Source: the human T2T-CHM13v2.0 reference genome, Homo sapiens. From it: a stretch of DNA of 64,000 bases. A program made the position numbers and the translations under genes. The number at the start of each line of letters is the position of its first letter. Positions within the stretch are counted from its first letter, which is position 1. The DNA lies in NCBI RefSeq assembly GCF_009914755.1, contig NC_060925.1; one strand, given 5' to 3'. Shown here in pieces: positions 14,724-28,530 of this stretch. Under the pieces are notes generated by a model that did no database searches, had not been told where the DNA came from, and saw only the letters and a program-made list of their open reading frames with translations.

Positions 14724-15655
14724 TAGTGTAAAAGAACTGAAATTTTGATGCTTACAGCACTTGGCTCGTGCATTTGTATCAAAATTTGCCTGACTTTTTA
14801 TGAGGGAGGCCTGCTTTTCACACCTCAGTTTATTTAATACGAGGCAAGTTGAAAGACAACACTCATTCTAGGTGATTCTGTGGTGCCATGAAATTTAAGA
14901 TAATTTGGGAAAAAGGATTAGTCAGTTTTAAGCAAGAGTCACATCTTCTGAGCTTTTGATTATCAGTGTAGTACCTGACTAAAAATGAAGTAATACCCTT
15001 AACCATTTATAATTTCTAGTATTTCTCTGAAAGATCGTTTTGGGGACAAAAGTGACTTGACATGTCCAATTTCATTTCAGAATAAAAAGCTAGCATCTTT
15101 AAATATCTCAGATTGCTTGCTTACAGATATAAGTAAGAATTATGGAGAAATGATTCCTTTTAGAGGATTACTTTTTTCAATTTTGGTTTTAGTAATCTAG
15201 GCTTTGCCTGTAAATAATACAACAATGGATTTTAAATACTGTTTGTGGAATGTGTTTAAAGGATTGATTCTAGAACCTTTGTATATTTGATAGTAGTTCT
15301 GACTTTCATTTCTTTACTGTTTGCAGTTAATGTTAATGTTCTGCTATGCAATCATTTATATGCACGTTTCTTTAATTTTTTAAGATTTTCCTGGATGTAT
15401 AGTTTAAACAACAAAAGGTCTATTTAAAACTGTAGCAGTAGTTTGCAGTTCTAGCAAAGAGGAAAGTTGTGGGGTTAAACTTTGTATTTTCTTTCTTATA
15501 GAGGCTTCTAAAAAGATATTTTATATGTTCTTTGTAACAAATATTGTGTACAACCTTTAAAACATCAATGTTTGGATCAAAACAAGACCCAGCTTATTTT
15601 CTGCTTGCTGTAAATTAAGCAAACATGCTATAATAAAAACAAAATGAGGGGAAAA
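14724..15655 (+). pseudogene. 5'-truncated processed retrocopy of an mRNA 3'UTR
   Basis: Perfect 18-bp TSD aaagtatatatgccaatg (14706-14723, 15656-15673); AATAAA at 15632-15637 followed by a short A tail; no ORF. Parent tentatively recalled as the HNRNPA3 distal 3'UTR (unverified). Confidence 0.88.
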
Positions 15656-16269
15656 AAAGTATATATGCCAATGAACCAACTCAAAGCTGGTTATATATCT
15701 TATATAAATGCACTTACAGACATATACATGCATGCACATATATATTTGAGTATTAAAAGTGGTGGTGAATATTTTATACATATCTTATAATATTTAGACT
15801 GTATACAAATGACCATTGCAAAGGTTTTCTGCTTTTCAGAGGAGAGGTAGCAAACTAGATTATAAGCTTTATGCTTGCAGTGGCCATACATATTTCACCT
15901 CCTTATCCCTTAAGCTTACAGTGCCAAGCACATAGAAGAAACTTAAATATTTTTAGGAGAAATAGACCAATGGCAAGAATTTGTCTAATTGTACCATCAT
16001 AGAAAGTGAAAAGGGCAATGTGGATGCCTATAAGTCACTCCCACCTTTCTTAAACACCCTGAGAAGTGAGGCATCAGAGCCCAAGCTACAGGTGAATGTA
16101 TGTTTGTGGACAACTGAGATAACTGTGTAGATCATAGGAAAAGCATTGCATTTGGATTCAGAGGATCTGGGTTTGCATTTCTGTTAATCATTTCCCTACC
16201 TTAAGAAAATTCATTGACTCCTTTAAGACTCATTTTTCTCACAGCAGAAGGGAGCTAGTAATCTATTTC

Positions 16270-16425
16270 ACAGGATTTTAACTTGGGGTCTACTTGGAAT
16301 CCCTTGAAATTATATGCAATTTTTGGATTTGCACACATATATATCAGTTTTTCTAGGGTTGAGAGTGAATAGCTTGCATTTTTCTCAAAGAAGTTAATGA
16401 ACCAAAAAGGTTAACAGTAACTGAT
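16270..16425. mobile_element. MER103-like DNA transposon remnant, preceded by a MIR fragment (~16125-16270)
   Basis: cccttgaaattatatgcaa...ttctcaaagaagttaatgaaccaaaaaggttaa. Confidence 0.55.
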
Positions 16426-16794
16426 ATAAGCTTGATATTATTAAGCTTCTAAGTCCGAGAGTATAGAGTAGAGTTTGGAAGTAACAAGGTATGTTTATCT
16501 CCAAACCTCATTTATTTTTTGTATCTTTAGTGGCTAGTTCCAACTACCAGTTTTAAATGTAGAAGAAAGTCAATATAATTCATGAATGATGACTTTACAA
16601 ACATTTGTAGAGTACACATGGTTTTTAAAGTCTTTACCTATATCCTGTTGTGGAGACAAGCCATACGATTAGTCTCGTGAGTTGCGTTAGAGATTGATTT
16701 AGAGCTACGTGATTTGAATTAGTTGGGCCAGGAGCTCCCTCTTCCCTCAGTGACAGTGGCTGTTTCTGAGTTCAACTTCCCTTAGCAAGCAGTC

Positions 16795-17164
16795 TGATGT
16801 GGTTTGGCTCTGTGTCTCCACCCAAACCTCATCTCAAGTTGTAATCCCCATCTGTTGAGGGAGTGGCCTGGTGGGAGGTGATTGGATCATGGGGGTGGTT
16901 CCCCATGCTCTTCTCATGATAGTGAGGGAGTTCTCATGATATCTGATGGCTTAAAAGTGTCACTTTCCCCTGTATGTGCTCTCTCTCTCTCTCTCCTGCT
17001 GCCATGTAAGACATGCCTTGCTTCCCCTTCACCTTCTGCCATGATTGTAAGTTTCCTGAGGCCTCCCTAGCCAGCAAAACTGTGACTCAATTAAGCATCC
17101 TTTCTTTATAAATTACCCAGTTTCAGGTAGCATATTTATAGCAGTGAAAGAATGGACTAATACA
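16795..17164 (+). mobile_element. THE1D/MSTA-type solo LTR
   Basis: tgatgtggtttggctctgtg...ggactaataca with perfect TSD cagtc (16790-16794, 17165-17169). Confidence 0.9.
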
Positions 17165-18327
17165 CAGTCCTCCCAGGTTTCCAAGTGTTCTGGGCAGCCA
17201 CTGTTTTCTCACAAGCTTCCAACCAGCTGGCACCTATGCTCATCCTGCCTGCTGCCAGAGCCTTGGTGTTCATTTTCCCTATTAAGGATATGCTTATGCT
17301 TGTCCCATAAAAGGAGAGACATGGGTGGGGTCCCATAGCATGAGCATAGCTCTAGGGTACATCTAGTTCTGTGCCAGTCCACGAGTGTCACAGGAGGCTG
17401 CAAGAAAGGAGAACTTGAGACTCCACTGACCCTGAGGCCTACGCCTTCCAGCCTGCTCCAACGTGATATTTGCTGGTATTTTCCTGAGATGATTGCCTGA
17501 CATCTGTCTCAATTAAAAATGTAATCCTAACAACAGATCTGTGAGGGAGATATTGCCCTCTCTTCCAGGAAAGGGGGCTCAGAGTACTTAGCTGACTTGT
17601 TCCAGTTTGTAACTGGCAGGCCAGAAATCAAATGCTAGCTATCCAACTCAAGCCTGGAATTCTCTGCCCCAAAGCCTGGCTCCTTCCCTCATTTAATAGT
17701 TTTGAGCCTTTTTTCCTCATGTGTAAGACATATGTGTAATAATCAGAGGACCACGAAGAAAGGGATATGAGAAGTGTTGCTGTGCATTATGTATCAGATT
17801 CTTTTAATGTCCTTCAGGAGATGTAAGTAAATAATGGAATTTCTTTAAACTATTTTCTAAGCTCTTGGGCATATGCTATTTGAATACAACTTTGCTCAGG
17901 CACTGATCTGTAGGTTATGGGCTCAATAGGGTTGCAGATGGCTGTCATTTGTCAGAATTCTAACCAGAGCCTTGAAGTTAATGCTACCATGCCATCATTC
18001 TTCTCTTGTGCCAAGACCCTCAATTCAAGCCAATACAGTTGTCTCTGAGGTGTTAATGTTCATCAGAATACCACTGTGTGCCTTCTGCTCCCAATGCATA
18101 TTTATTTGCTTCCATCTCTGGCAACTTTTTCCATTGTGTCTTTTAGAACTACCTTTTCTTTCATAGAATCTCGGCTCTGTCTTGAACATCTTTACAGTAT
18201 CCTACCTCTATTTCTTGTTTTAACAGAAACCTACTTTTCTCACAGGAACATTGCCTCTCATTTAGGGTCTCCCAGGCTGAGTATAATAATGCTGTCACTC
18301 TGCAGGAAACACAAGAGGTGATTATGA

Positions 18328-18566
18328 CTTGCTAAAAGCTCAGGTGGTCACTAGCATTTTTTAGCAATGAAGTATTTTAAAATTAAGATATACAATCTTA
18401 GATATTAATTTAATGCTATTACACAATGAAGAAACCACAGTATAGTATAAACATAACTTTTATATGCACTGGGAAAGTAAAAATTCCTTGTGATTTGCTT
18501 TATTGTGATAGTAGTTTTATTAGGGTGGTCTGGAACCAAACGTGAAATATCTTTGAGGAATGCCTG
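18328..18566 (+). mobile_element. Tigger1 3' end
   Basis: agcattttttagcaat...acttttatatgcactgggaaa...aatatctttgaggaatgcctg followed by TA. Confidence 0.85.
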
Positions 18567-19113
18567 TATCCCTTTAAACCTCCCCTACATGTATCCCTCA
18601 ACTCAATGTTCCCTTACCTGTATTTCAAAGTTCAGGGAACATATATTACTTTTATAAATTCTTACAAATTTTATAAAAATGTCTGATTCTGGAACAGATT
18701 GATAGAAGCTCTGAAAATTAAATGTTCTTAGCTTTAATAATCTTCTTGAGCATCAGCAAAGAAGACGGAGAGGGAGGGGTTAGGAAAGGAGGAAACAGAA
18801 AGAGAAATGGTGGTGAAAAGCTGAGGATGGGGAGAGTTTTAAGAAGGAAGTAGCCATCACTGGCATATTCCACAGAGAACCTAAGCAGGATACGGACTGC
18901 AAAACATCTTGGTAGATACAAGGCCACGGCTGACCCCATTGTACATGGGAAAATATTTGATTAGTTTGTGTCTCCTCTACCAGTCCTTCTAGAATAGCTC
19001 CTGAAACCTACAGGAATAGAGGAGATCATGCTTTTTGATGGCAAATATGATTAGCTCTCTTAAGATGAAAGAAGCTTCATCTGGCTTCTTGCTCTTGAGA
19101 ACGTGCCCTAAGA

Positions 19114-19464
<351 letters not shown>

Positions 19465-19614
19465 CTACTACAATGAAGACCATTGTCTCATTTGATAGAG
19501 AGTCCTGAGAGCTGCTATCTACATAAATAACCCCACTGGTTAATGTGTGACACCAAGTTTTTGTGGATTTTGCCCCACAACAATTTTACTTGAAACATGT
19601 TGACTCCCTCCCCC

Positions 19615-20590
19615 ACATATTGTGTTTTTCATCTCTAGAAGTCTCATTTGGATCTTTAAAAAATGCTCTCATTTTTATCTACCTCATGTTCACGTTTTCC
19701 TCTCCCTCTTGAATATATACATCATAGCTTTAATAGCTAGTAGTTTAATAGTTATTTTTAGGTTTTTTCTTCTAATTTCATCATTTCATAATTTCTAAAT
19801 TAGTTTCTATTGTTTGATTCTTCTCTTGGTTGTTGATCATACATTACTGGGAGTTTTTGATTGGGTGCCAGACTTTTATTTTATGTTGTTGCATGCTAGA
19901 TTTTTGTCATATTCCTTTAAATGTTTTTGGGCTTTGCTCTAGCGCGCAGTTAAGTTACATGAAATCAGTTTGATCCTTCTGAGGCTTGCTTTTAAGTTTT
20001 ATTGGGCAAATTGAGTGCAATATTTAGTCTAGGGCTAATTTGGCGATACCCTTCTGAGGACTCTACCCAAAGCCCTGGGTATTGGGACATCTTTCCATTC
20101 TGACTGGTGGGAAAACAAAACATTCCTAGCCTTGTGTAAGGTCAGGAAATTGTTTGGTCTACTGATTTTTTGCTTGGCCTGGGGCATTTTTCTCTTAGCC
20201 ATGACTAGATAGTCATAGTGCAGCGGTCAAGATTGGAGGGGACCCCTCTACATGCTCTCCGTGCAGCTCCCTCCTCTTTAGTATTCTTTCCCACACATTC
20301 TAGCTTCCTTGGCTTCCCTATTCTCTGAACTCTGTCTCTTCAACCCAGCAATACCGTCAGTCTCTGTTAGGGTCACACCATCTCTGCTGCAGCATGGGAA
20401 TTCATCTAGGCAGTAAGTAGAATTCACCCCATTTGTTTCCATTTTTGCAGGGGTCAAGTCTCATGCTGCCTGTTGTTCAATGTCTGAAAACCACTTTTTT
20501 TTTCATATGTTTTGTTTGGTCTTCTAGTTGTTTAAGGTGGGGCTGTAAACCAGTCTTTCTTAATCCATTTTGGCTGGAAGTGAAGGTTCC
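19615..20590 (-). mobile_element. Ancient L1M/HAL1-like 5' region
   Basis: Diverged antisense L1 features, ending ccattttggctggaagtgaag. Confidence 0.55.
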
Positions 20591-21577
20591 CCACACGTTG
20601 ATTTCTGATTGAGGGCTAAAAGTAATATGTTTCTCCACAAGTATTCTTAGAATTTATTGTTTCTTAAACATATAAACTCTATGCCATGAAAATAACTTGT
20701 TTTCTACCTCTTTCCAGATCTAAACCTCCCACAGTGGAATAATTTTTCTCCTTATTATAAGTGATTTTTTTTTAAATGAGGTAGTTTTCAGGAAGATCTG
20801 CAGGAAAGTAGATTGAAAGAGTAAGAATTCAGTTATGATAACCCTTGGCTTCTTGAAAGAAATATCTCTAACTAGTTTTCACTGCAGAGTAGTTTTTTCC
20901 TGCAAGATCTACATTGGTCATAAAATGAGTTGATGAACAAATGCAGGCCTTTCATATGTCGCTTAGTTTATCCTGATATTGCCCTCCCATGTTATTGTAA
21001 TCTATTAAACACAGACAACTCATCCAGCCAAATGTGGAATCATTTTCATTTTATGTGTTCACTGACTATGAAAGTACTGAAACACACTGTATATTACAAA
21101 CCAGCAGCTTTCTAATCACCATTGTACCACTGTCACTGTTATTTGTACAAGTGATTCTGCTTCTGGTTAACTTTAGGGTAAGAAGCAACAGAATGAGAGA
21201 TTTTAAAGCAGTAATCTCTGTCCAACTGCAAACACTGCAGATGTGTGTTTTGAAACTGGAATAAACATCTCTAAAGTTTGAAATCTAAAGAATTATCCAT
21301 GTAAAACTTAAAAAAAATCGAACCATTTTAGAAACATATTTAATGGAATTCAAACCTTCTGCTCTGGCTATTTTTATACAGAAATTTCAGAGTAAAAAAT
21401 TTACTAATAATATAGTTTTGAAAAAATCTAAGGCAAGAAAGAGATTGGAATTTCACTGAGGAATCATGACAAAGAAATCTTATATTGTCCAGACACAAAA
21501 CCGTCCTTCATTTATTTGTCAAATGCGTATTGAGGGTCCACTATGTGTTAGGCACAGTGGTAAGACTGGGAAACCAA

Positions 21578-21637
21578 AACCAACCAACCAACCAATCAAC
21601 CAACCAACCAACCAACCAACCAACCAACCAACCAACC
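21578..21637 (+). repeat. (AACC)n microsatellite, about 15 units
   Basis: Read directly; one interruption (aatc). Confidence 0.97.
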
Positions 21638-21747
21638 TTACTTTCTCAAAGAGAAGTGACTGTTTTTAATTTTATTGTATTTTGAGGTATTTATTTAATG
21701 CTAAACAGTATACCTTATTTTTTCCTTGATTTATAGAACCATGTAGG

Positions 21748-22154
21748 TGCTACAGTTGGAATGTCACCTCCAAAAATCATGCTGAAATTTAGTTGCCAGT
21801 GTAATAGTATTGAGAGGTGGAGTCTTTAAGAGGTGATGAGATTATGAGGATTCTGCTCTCATGAATGGTTTAATGCCATTGCTGGGGGAATGGGTTATTT
21901 ATTTTGGGAGTGGTCTTGATAAAAGGCTGAAGTTTGGCCCCATTTCTTTCTCTCTGTCTCCTGTGTTCTCTTGCCATGAGATGACTTCCTTCATGAGATC
22001 ATGCAGCATAAGGCCTTTGCCAGGTGGCCTTGCTATTGGCACCATGCTTTTGCACTTCCCAGCCTCTAGAACCATGAGCCAAACAAACTTCTATTCTTTA
22101 TAAATTACCCAGTCTATCGTATTCTGTTATAGCAAAAGAAAATGGACTAAGACA
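21748..22154 (+). mobile_element. MSTC/MSTD-type solo LTR
   Basis: tgctacag...ggactaagaca with TSD gtagg/gtggg. Confidence 0.85.
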
Positions 22155-24074
22155 GTGGGACAGAGGGTAATTTATCATATGACAAATATTGATCTTCAAG
22201 GTTCTGTTTTCATCTACCACTACCATACTAAACTTGACTCCTTTTTGACTCCCTAAAAAGACACATTTTTTTTCCATTAGCCATGCTTGTTAAAAATTTA
22301 GGGCTACTTTTAGGGTTCAAATAAAAGATGGATTATATAACAACTTTTTTTTTAAGATACTAGGTTTCCTTGCCTATTGTTTGGCATGGTTCTGCTGGGA
22401 AATACGGTTTCTCTACTGGCCTTAGCTTTCTTGTATCCTGATATCATCTCTGATCACCCAGTTTTGACCTACAATCCGTTTTTCCAACTTTTTGTCTGCT
22501 TTTCCAGTTTGAGCCCTAGCTCAGTTAAATTCTTTTGGCTCTTGGATCTCCTGCATCACTTCCCAGTCAATGATTTCCTCACTCCTGGCACAGAATTTTC
22601 CTTGGATGACTGTTCTGTTAGTGTGAATCATTCCCCCACCCCAGCCACCACCAGTCTTTGGCACAACCATGAGGAAATGTAGCTGTATGCCTGGAGGGAT
22701 CTACAGCCAGACCAGGTAAATGCCTATAGCCTCTTTCTTCCAAAAGGAGTTTGGTACTTACTTTTATATTGTTCATGCTCTTATTTTGCAATACTACTTA
22801 TAAAAAGCTTTGGGTTATGTATCTATTAGATTTATCCAAGTCCTCACAACTAGGCTCTGAAGAGTGCAGAATGGAACGTCAACTCATTATCCACAATATC
22901 ATAGTTTATTTTGGTCAGTTTAGCTCTACCACTTTCCAGCCATCAGATGCCATTCAAAAGTCAATCTTACTTTGAATTCATTATTTTAACATTACATCTG
23001 TTTAAGTATTTGATTAGTTAGAACAGTGAAAATATTCACCAGTGTAGATATCTTACTCGTTTTTTAAGACCTCCTAACTAATAAAATCAATCTGGAGAAT
23101 TAAATCATCAAGGACCTCATGAGGATAAATTTGCAGTGACTAGTGATTATTAACACTAGTCACCTGGGACAGGTGATTGACTTTAGTTATCTAAGTAAAG
23201 AATGTGGGACAGAGAATGACAGACATAGGCACATATCACTTGCCATGAATAACAAAGATTTGATCCCTGACCTTCTAGAGTGAAATGACTCTGTTGTAAT
23301 CGTAGGTTTTATCTTAAAAATGTATTTCAGCCTTATGTAACACTCTGAAATATATACATGTTAGTGTCAAATATGTCTTAAATTATTTACAATTTAGTAC
23401 AATTATCACTCCAGGAAAATGCTGCACATTTATCCTTTGATTTTTTTTTTTGTAGCCCTGGCATATCATCAAGTATCCCCAAGAAAATTAGAATCCCAGT
23501 TTAAGAAGCTTTGGCAAGCACTTGAGAACACTGATTATGAAATTAGCCTGACCTAAAAGGGCATTCTACATAATCTCTTTACATTTTAGTTTCTTTTTGT
23601 ATAAAATGGAGATTCTGGTGAATGAAAATGAGATCATATATATCAAGCACATTAAGAACCTGTTACAATATACCACTCAATTCATGAATGGCGATTACAT
23701 GAACTTCTTGAAGTTAGGAAACATGTTCAGCTTCTTCCTCCTTGTGTTTTTGGCACAATGCCCAGTACCCAGGGGGTACACAATAGTTATTAAATAAATA
23801 AAGCCAGAACTCATGATTTATTTATGCCAGGATAGTTTATTTTATTTTAATGTAAATTTAGAAAGAAGCTAAAAATAATGCCTGGAATACACTAGTTCTT
23901 TATAGATATTTCCTAGTTGCCTGATTTGATGAAAAACTTCACTTGGTGCTCATCCTCAGAAAGTGAGCACTGAACAGAATGTGAACTGTTTAAATCCAAG
24001 ATTAATTGTACATCAACCTGGTGGTACTTGTACTCTGCTGTCTACTGTGAGAAATGCCTAAGTAGGTAATGCAG

Positions 24075-25165
24075 AAAATCCATAAAACATGTACAGGTGA
24101 GTGAGTGAAGACTCTTATAACCACCACTCAGGTCAAGAAATAGAACTTTGACAGAACCTCAGAAGTCCCTCTGTGTGTCACATCACAATCACAGCTTCCT
24201 TTCCTCTCCCAAAGTAACCATTGACTTTTATAGTAGTCATTTCATTATGTTTCTTTATGGTTGTTTCTTCTAAGGTGCATTGCTATATAAAATAGTTTAG
24301 TCTTGCCAAATAAAAAAAATTGATGTGTTTTTTAGTCCCTGTCATTCCTATCTTTCCCTCACAAATGATTTTTTGAAGAACTGGAGCTGTTTTGTTTGAC
24401 CTCTACAGTTTCCCACCATTTGGAGTTTACTGATTGCACACTAATGGTACAGTTCAGCTTGTTCCTTTTTTGCCTATATTTCCTGCAAATTGGCAGCTGG
24501 ATACAGAGAAATGATCAAACTGAGATCCTAATACTTTGGCAAGACTATAGGTGGTCCTGGTTTATTTTTATTTTTATCAGGAGCTGCATCATGTCTACTT
24601 TTGATTTTCTTTGATGTTAGCAGCTGTTGATGCCTTAATTTATGAATTCGGATGGAGATATTCTATAATTTCATTTTCATCTCATAACTGGAATAATTTC
24701 ATAAAAAAATCCTTCCCCTCCTCAACCATTTGGTTGCTCAGTATTTCAATTTATATAAGAAAGGCTCTCTTATCAAGGCTTCCTCCCCCTTCCCCCTTTT
24801 AGTCATTATTCAAGAAAATAAATTGGTTCTCTATCATCTTATAAATTTAAAAAATACTATTATGGACTCATGGATTTGGACATATTTTATAAGTTTGAAC
24901 CCACTGCAATTCCTTTTTTTGTTGAACCTCAAACTATCCCATCTTTGACCAGTAGTATCCTCTTGAAGGTGGCCCTTGATTCATGTTGATAGCTAACTGT
25001 CTGATACGTCAAGATAGTCCACATGCTTCTTGTACATTTCTTGCCCCAGACTTGAAATGAGCAATTTCTTCAAGAAAATCTGGCTTATTTTAATGGGAAC
25101 TAATTGCAGTAATGGAGATTTTGCTGCTGTGTTGATCATTTTCTAAGATTCTTCAGTGTACATTT
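24075..25165 (-). mobile_element. Ancient L1ME/L1MC 3' fragments
   Basis: taaccaccactcaggtcaagaaatagaac; ttcttgccccagacttgaaatgagcaatttcttcaag. Confidence 0.65.
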
Positions 25166-26281
25166 AGGACATACATATACAAGGGATGTGTGTGTGCATG
25201 TTTGTTTATATATATACAGATATATATTTTTAATGGAAATAAAATTTCTCATAGGGATGTTTCAAGTTTAGTGCTTGTTTTCTGTACACAAGTATTTTGC
25301 ATATGGCAGAGTAGAGAAGCTGGTTAATAATATGCTAGCTGACTCTGGAACCACTTGATTAAATAACGAATCTCCAGGCTTTCATATGCTTGATATAACA
25401 ATGTAAAATTACCTCTAATATGTGCATAATTCTATTAACAGGTATCATTTCTACACATTTGAAACTTCCAAATGTTTAAGTAGAAAATGTAGAAAGGGTA
25501 CAAGGATATTTATAGTAGGCTATGCTTCAGTTTTGCAATTCAAATGAACATATATTCTTACAATAGTATTATATATGATACAGCACTCAATAAGTAGTAA
25601 TTATATAATCTCTCTGGGTGCTTGTTCATCATTTTATCCCCAGTGCCCAGTATAGTGGGCTTAGCAGACACATAGTAGGTGCCAAACTAACATTTGTGAG
25701 ATGAATAAGTATTAATGCTGTAATATACCAATGAATGAATTGGTTGAATTATTGTACTTCCTTGGCCCCATCTTTAAAACATAATTTGCATGCACTACCA
25801 CTAATTTTACACACTTTGTTGAGTCTGTCTGACCCATGATAGCAAGTCAATTAAGAGCGTTAAAAACTTAAGGAGGGCCTTAGCCTAAAAAACAATGTTA
25901 AGAGGTTTTTAATATTTTCATCAGTGTCTGTAAATTTCCCAATTGCAGTCCATCTGTGACTTGTACCTTGTATTTTTTCATTGAATCATAAAGGTTAATT
26001 TGGTAAAAGAGGTGATATAAATGTGTTATAAGACTAAAAATAATTAAAAACTAAAAAACAACATTGATGAATAAAATTTAATCATTATGAAGTTAGAACC
26101 GAAATTGCTAACATAAAATTTTCATTAAGTAACTGTTAATTAACCCCTAAAAGGGTAGTTATTCTGCAAAATCATGTAAAAGTAGACAATTAGTCACCAG
26201 GAAGTTTTTCAGAAATTATTTTATTCTGCTGCTTTCTCAGATAGGATAGAATTTGTTTTTAGCTTTGTGACTAAATTATTA

Positions 26282-26572
<291 letters not shown>

Positions 26573-27139
26573 GTAAATTATTAAATTTAAATGTAAGTTA
26601 ATCATCTTCTTTATCTCCTTTGGGTAGGAGGATATTTCTTTGTTTTTACCTGAAATTGCAGATATTCTGGTACATTTATATTGGGAAGCCACAAAATGGC
26701 ACAAAATGACACACTTTCAGATTTTATAAAACAGAAAAAGATTAATAAAAGGGTAAAAATGGTAGACTTTACTGTGTGTAATGATTGAAGGGAGAAAGGT
26801 AACTTAACTTTTTTTATTTATCTTTCCATTCACCATGCATAAAGATTGAAGGGAAAATGGTAATAGCTTTTCCCTTTATCTTTGCATTTAAGTACTGTCC
26901 AGAATGAGCTTGCATGACAATGGGCCAGATGTCTCTTGTTTTGCCATTTAATCAGCAGTACAGGTACTTTTCTGTAGAGCTTAGGAACCCAAAATTTAAT
27001 TACCTGCCACTGGAGTCCTATATTTTCTTGGGAATTGCTTACGTTTATGTATCTTAAATTACCTTTGCATTTGGTAAGGTCATCTCAACAACTGAAATAC
27101 CAAAGTGTTTTCTGGAGTCTCAGGTAAATCCAGTGTAGA

Positions 27140-28530
27140 CTATGCCTGGCCAGCAATGTGTTTTATCTGAGCTGTACAGTGTTGGGAAAAGTTGAATTAT
27201 TTGCCGATGTTAAAAATTATGTGTGTGTTTTCTAACCTCAAGTGTGTATTTCTGGCATCTCTTAAAACAGCAGGCTATTTGACAGTAATGGACCCGCATT
27301 TTTGGGTCACAATTATTGACAGGAGGTGAATCCTGGAATTACTCCAGACTCTGCCTCTTCATGTGATCTTCACACTGAGACTGAGCGTGGGTCACCATTT
27401 ACTAAGAAGTGAAACATTTCTTGTATCCTGGTCTATAGCAACAGTGGCACAATAAAAGATAGACCAAGAAGGCTACATGGGCAAGAAAAATGGGAGAGAG
27501 CAAGATGGAATATTTTATATGTGTGCATGTAAGAGAAAAATATTCCATGCCTTTAATATTGAAAGCACATCTGTTCTGAAAGACTACAACTCAAGAAAGT
27601 CATTAGGAAACAAACCATCCTAGGACTATGACTGATATAAGATAATTGATAAAAAAGAAAAACCTGATGCTTGGATAAAGAAACTAAAATTTCAGTAGGG
27701 CTTGCTTTGGAATGTAGGTGCAAATGCTGTAAAATGTAATTATGGGTTAACTGAAAAAATTGACCAAGCATCAAAATATTTGCAGATGGTGAATTTATAA
27801 GATTAACTACTGAGTGCAGCAGAAATGGTCTTAATAGAGGCAAGCACTTACAGAGAGAAGCCTCTTTAGAAATACTGTTTCTTGGTATGTGGAAGGTATG
27901 CATAGGAGCATTTATGGAGTCCTTTTTAATTGTAGCTGAAGAGAACACGGATATAAATAATACCACACAATATTCTATATTATCTTGGTATTGATAAAAA
28001 TTTAGATGTGACTGAAGAACTTTCAGACATAGTGCCCATGACAAGTGTATCATCAAAAAATGATGTATTTTTATATGTTAAGAATTATCTTCCAAAGTTT
28101 AATATAGAATGACCAAAATTTTTTAAGTGAAGGGACTCCTCTAATGGATGACATTAGTTTATATTTATTTCAGTATTATAACATTTAAATTAAGGTGGCA
28201 ACATTTTGCAAGAATGTGAGACTTAAGTGCACTCATTTTATAGCATTCATTGGGAATTGCTTTGCTTTGAAAGTTCAATATGGCATATGCCATGGAATCA
28301 ATATACTTTTAAGGCATGTAACATGGATAGTTCAGTCACAGTGACTTGGGTGACTATGGGTGGTCTGCTGGAAGTTAGATGCTTTAGTTGTGAAATGGCA
28401 CTGAAAAGATTTGTTTTGTATTTTTGAAAGAAATTACTGTTCATGTAATCTGATGAAAAATCCTGTTATGGCTCACAAACAGAGAGTAGATTAACAACTT
28501 GACATTTCTGGTTGTCATTATAACTTTTAA
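27140..28530 (+). mobile_element. Charlie8 (hAT) transposase fossil, left part
   Basis: MER102-like start; decayed frames read TDINNTTQ, DVTEELSDIVPMT and EVRCFSCEMALKRF, matching the Charlie8-derived domain of GTF2IRD2 as recalled. Confidence 0.8.

Noticed and set aside
22377-22682. 101-aa hydrophobic ORF
   Set aside because: Non-ATG start, no recognisable homology or splice context
27553-28056. 167-aa minus-strand ORF
   Set aside because: Antisense of the Charlie8 fossil
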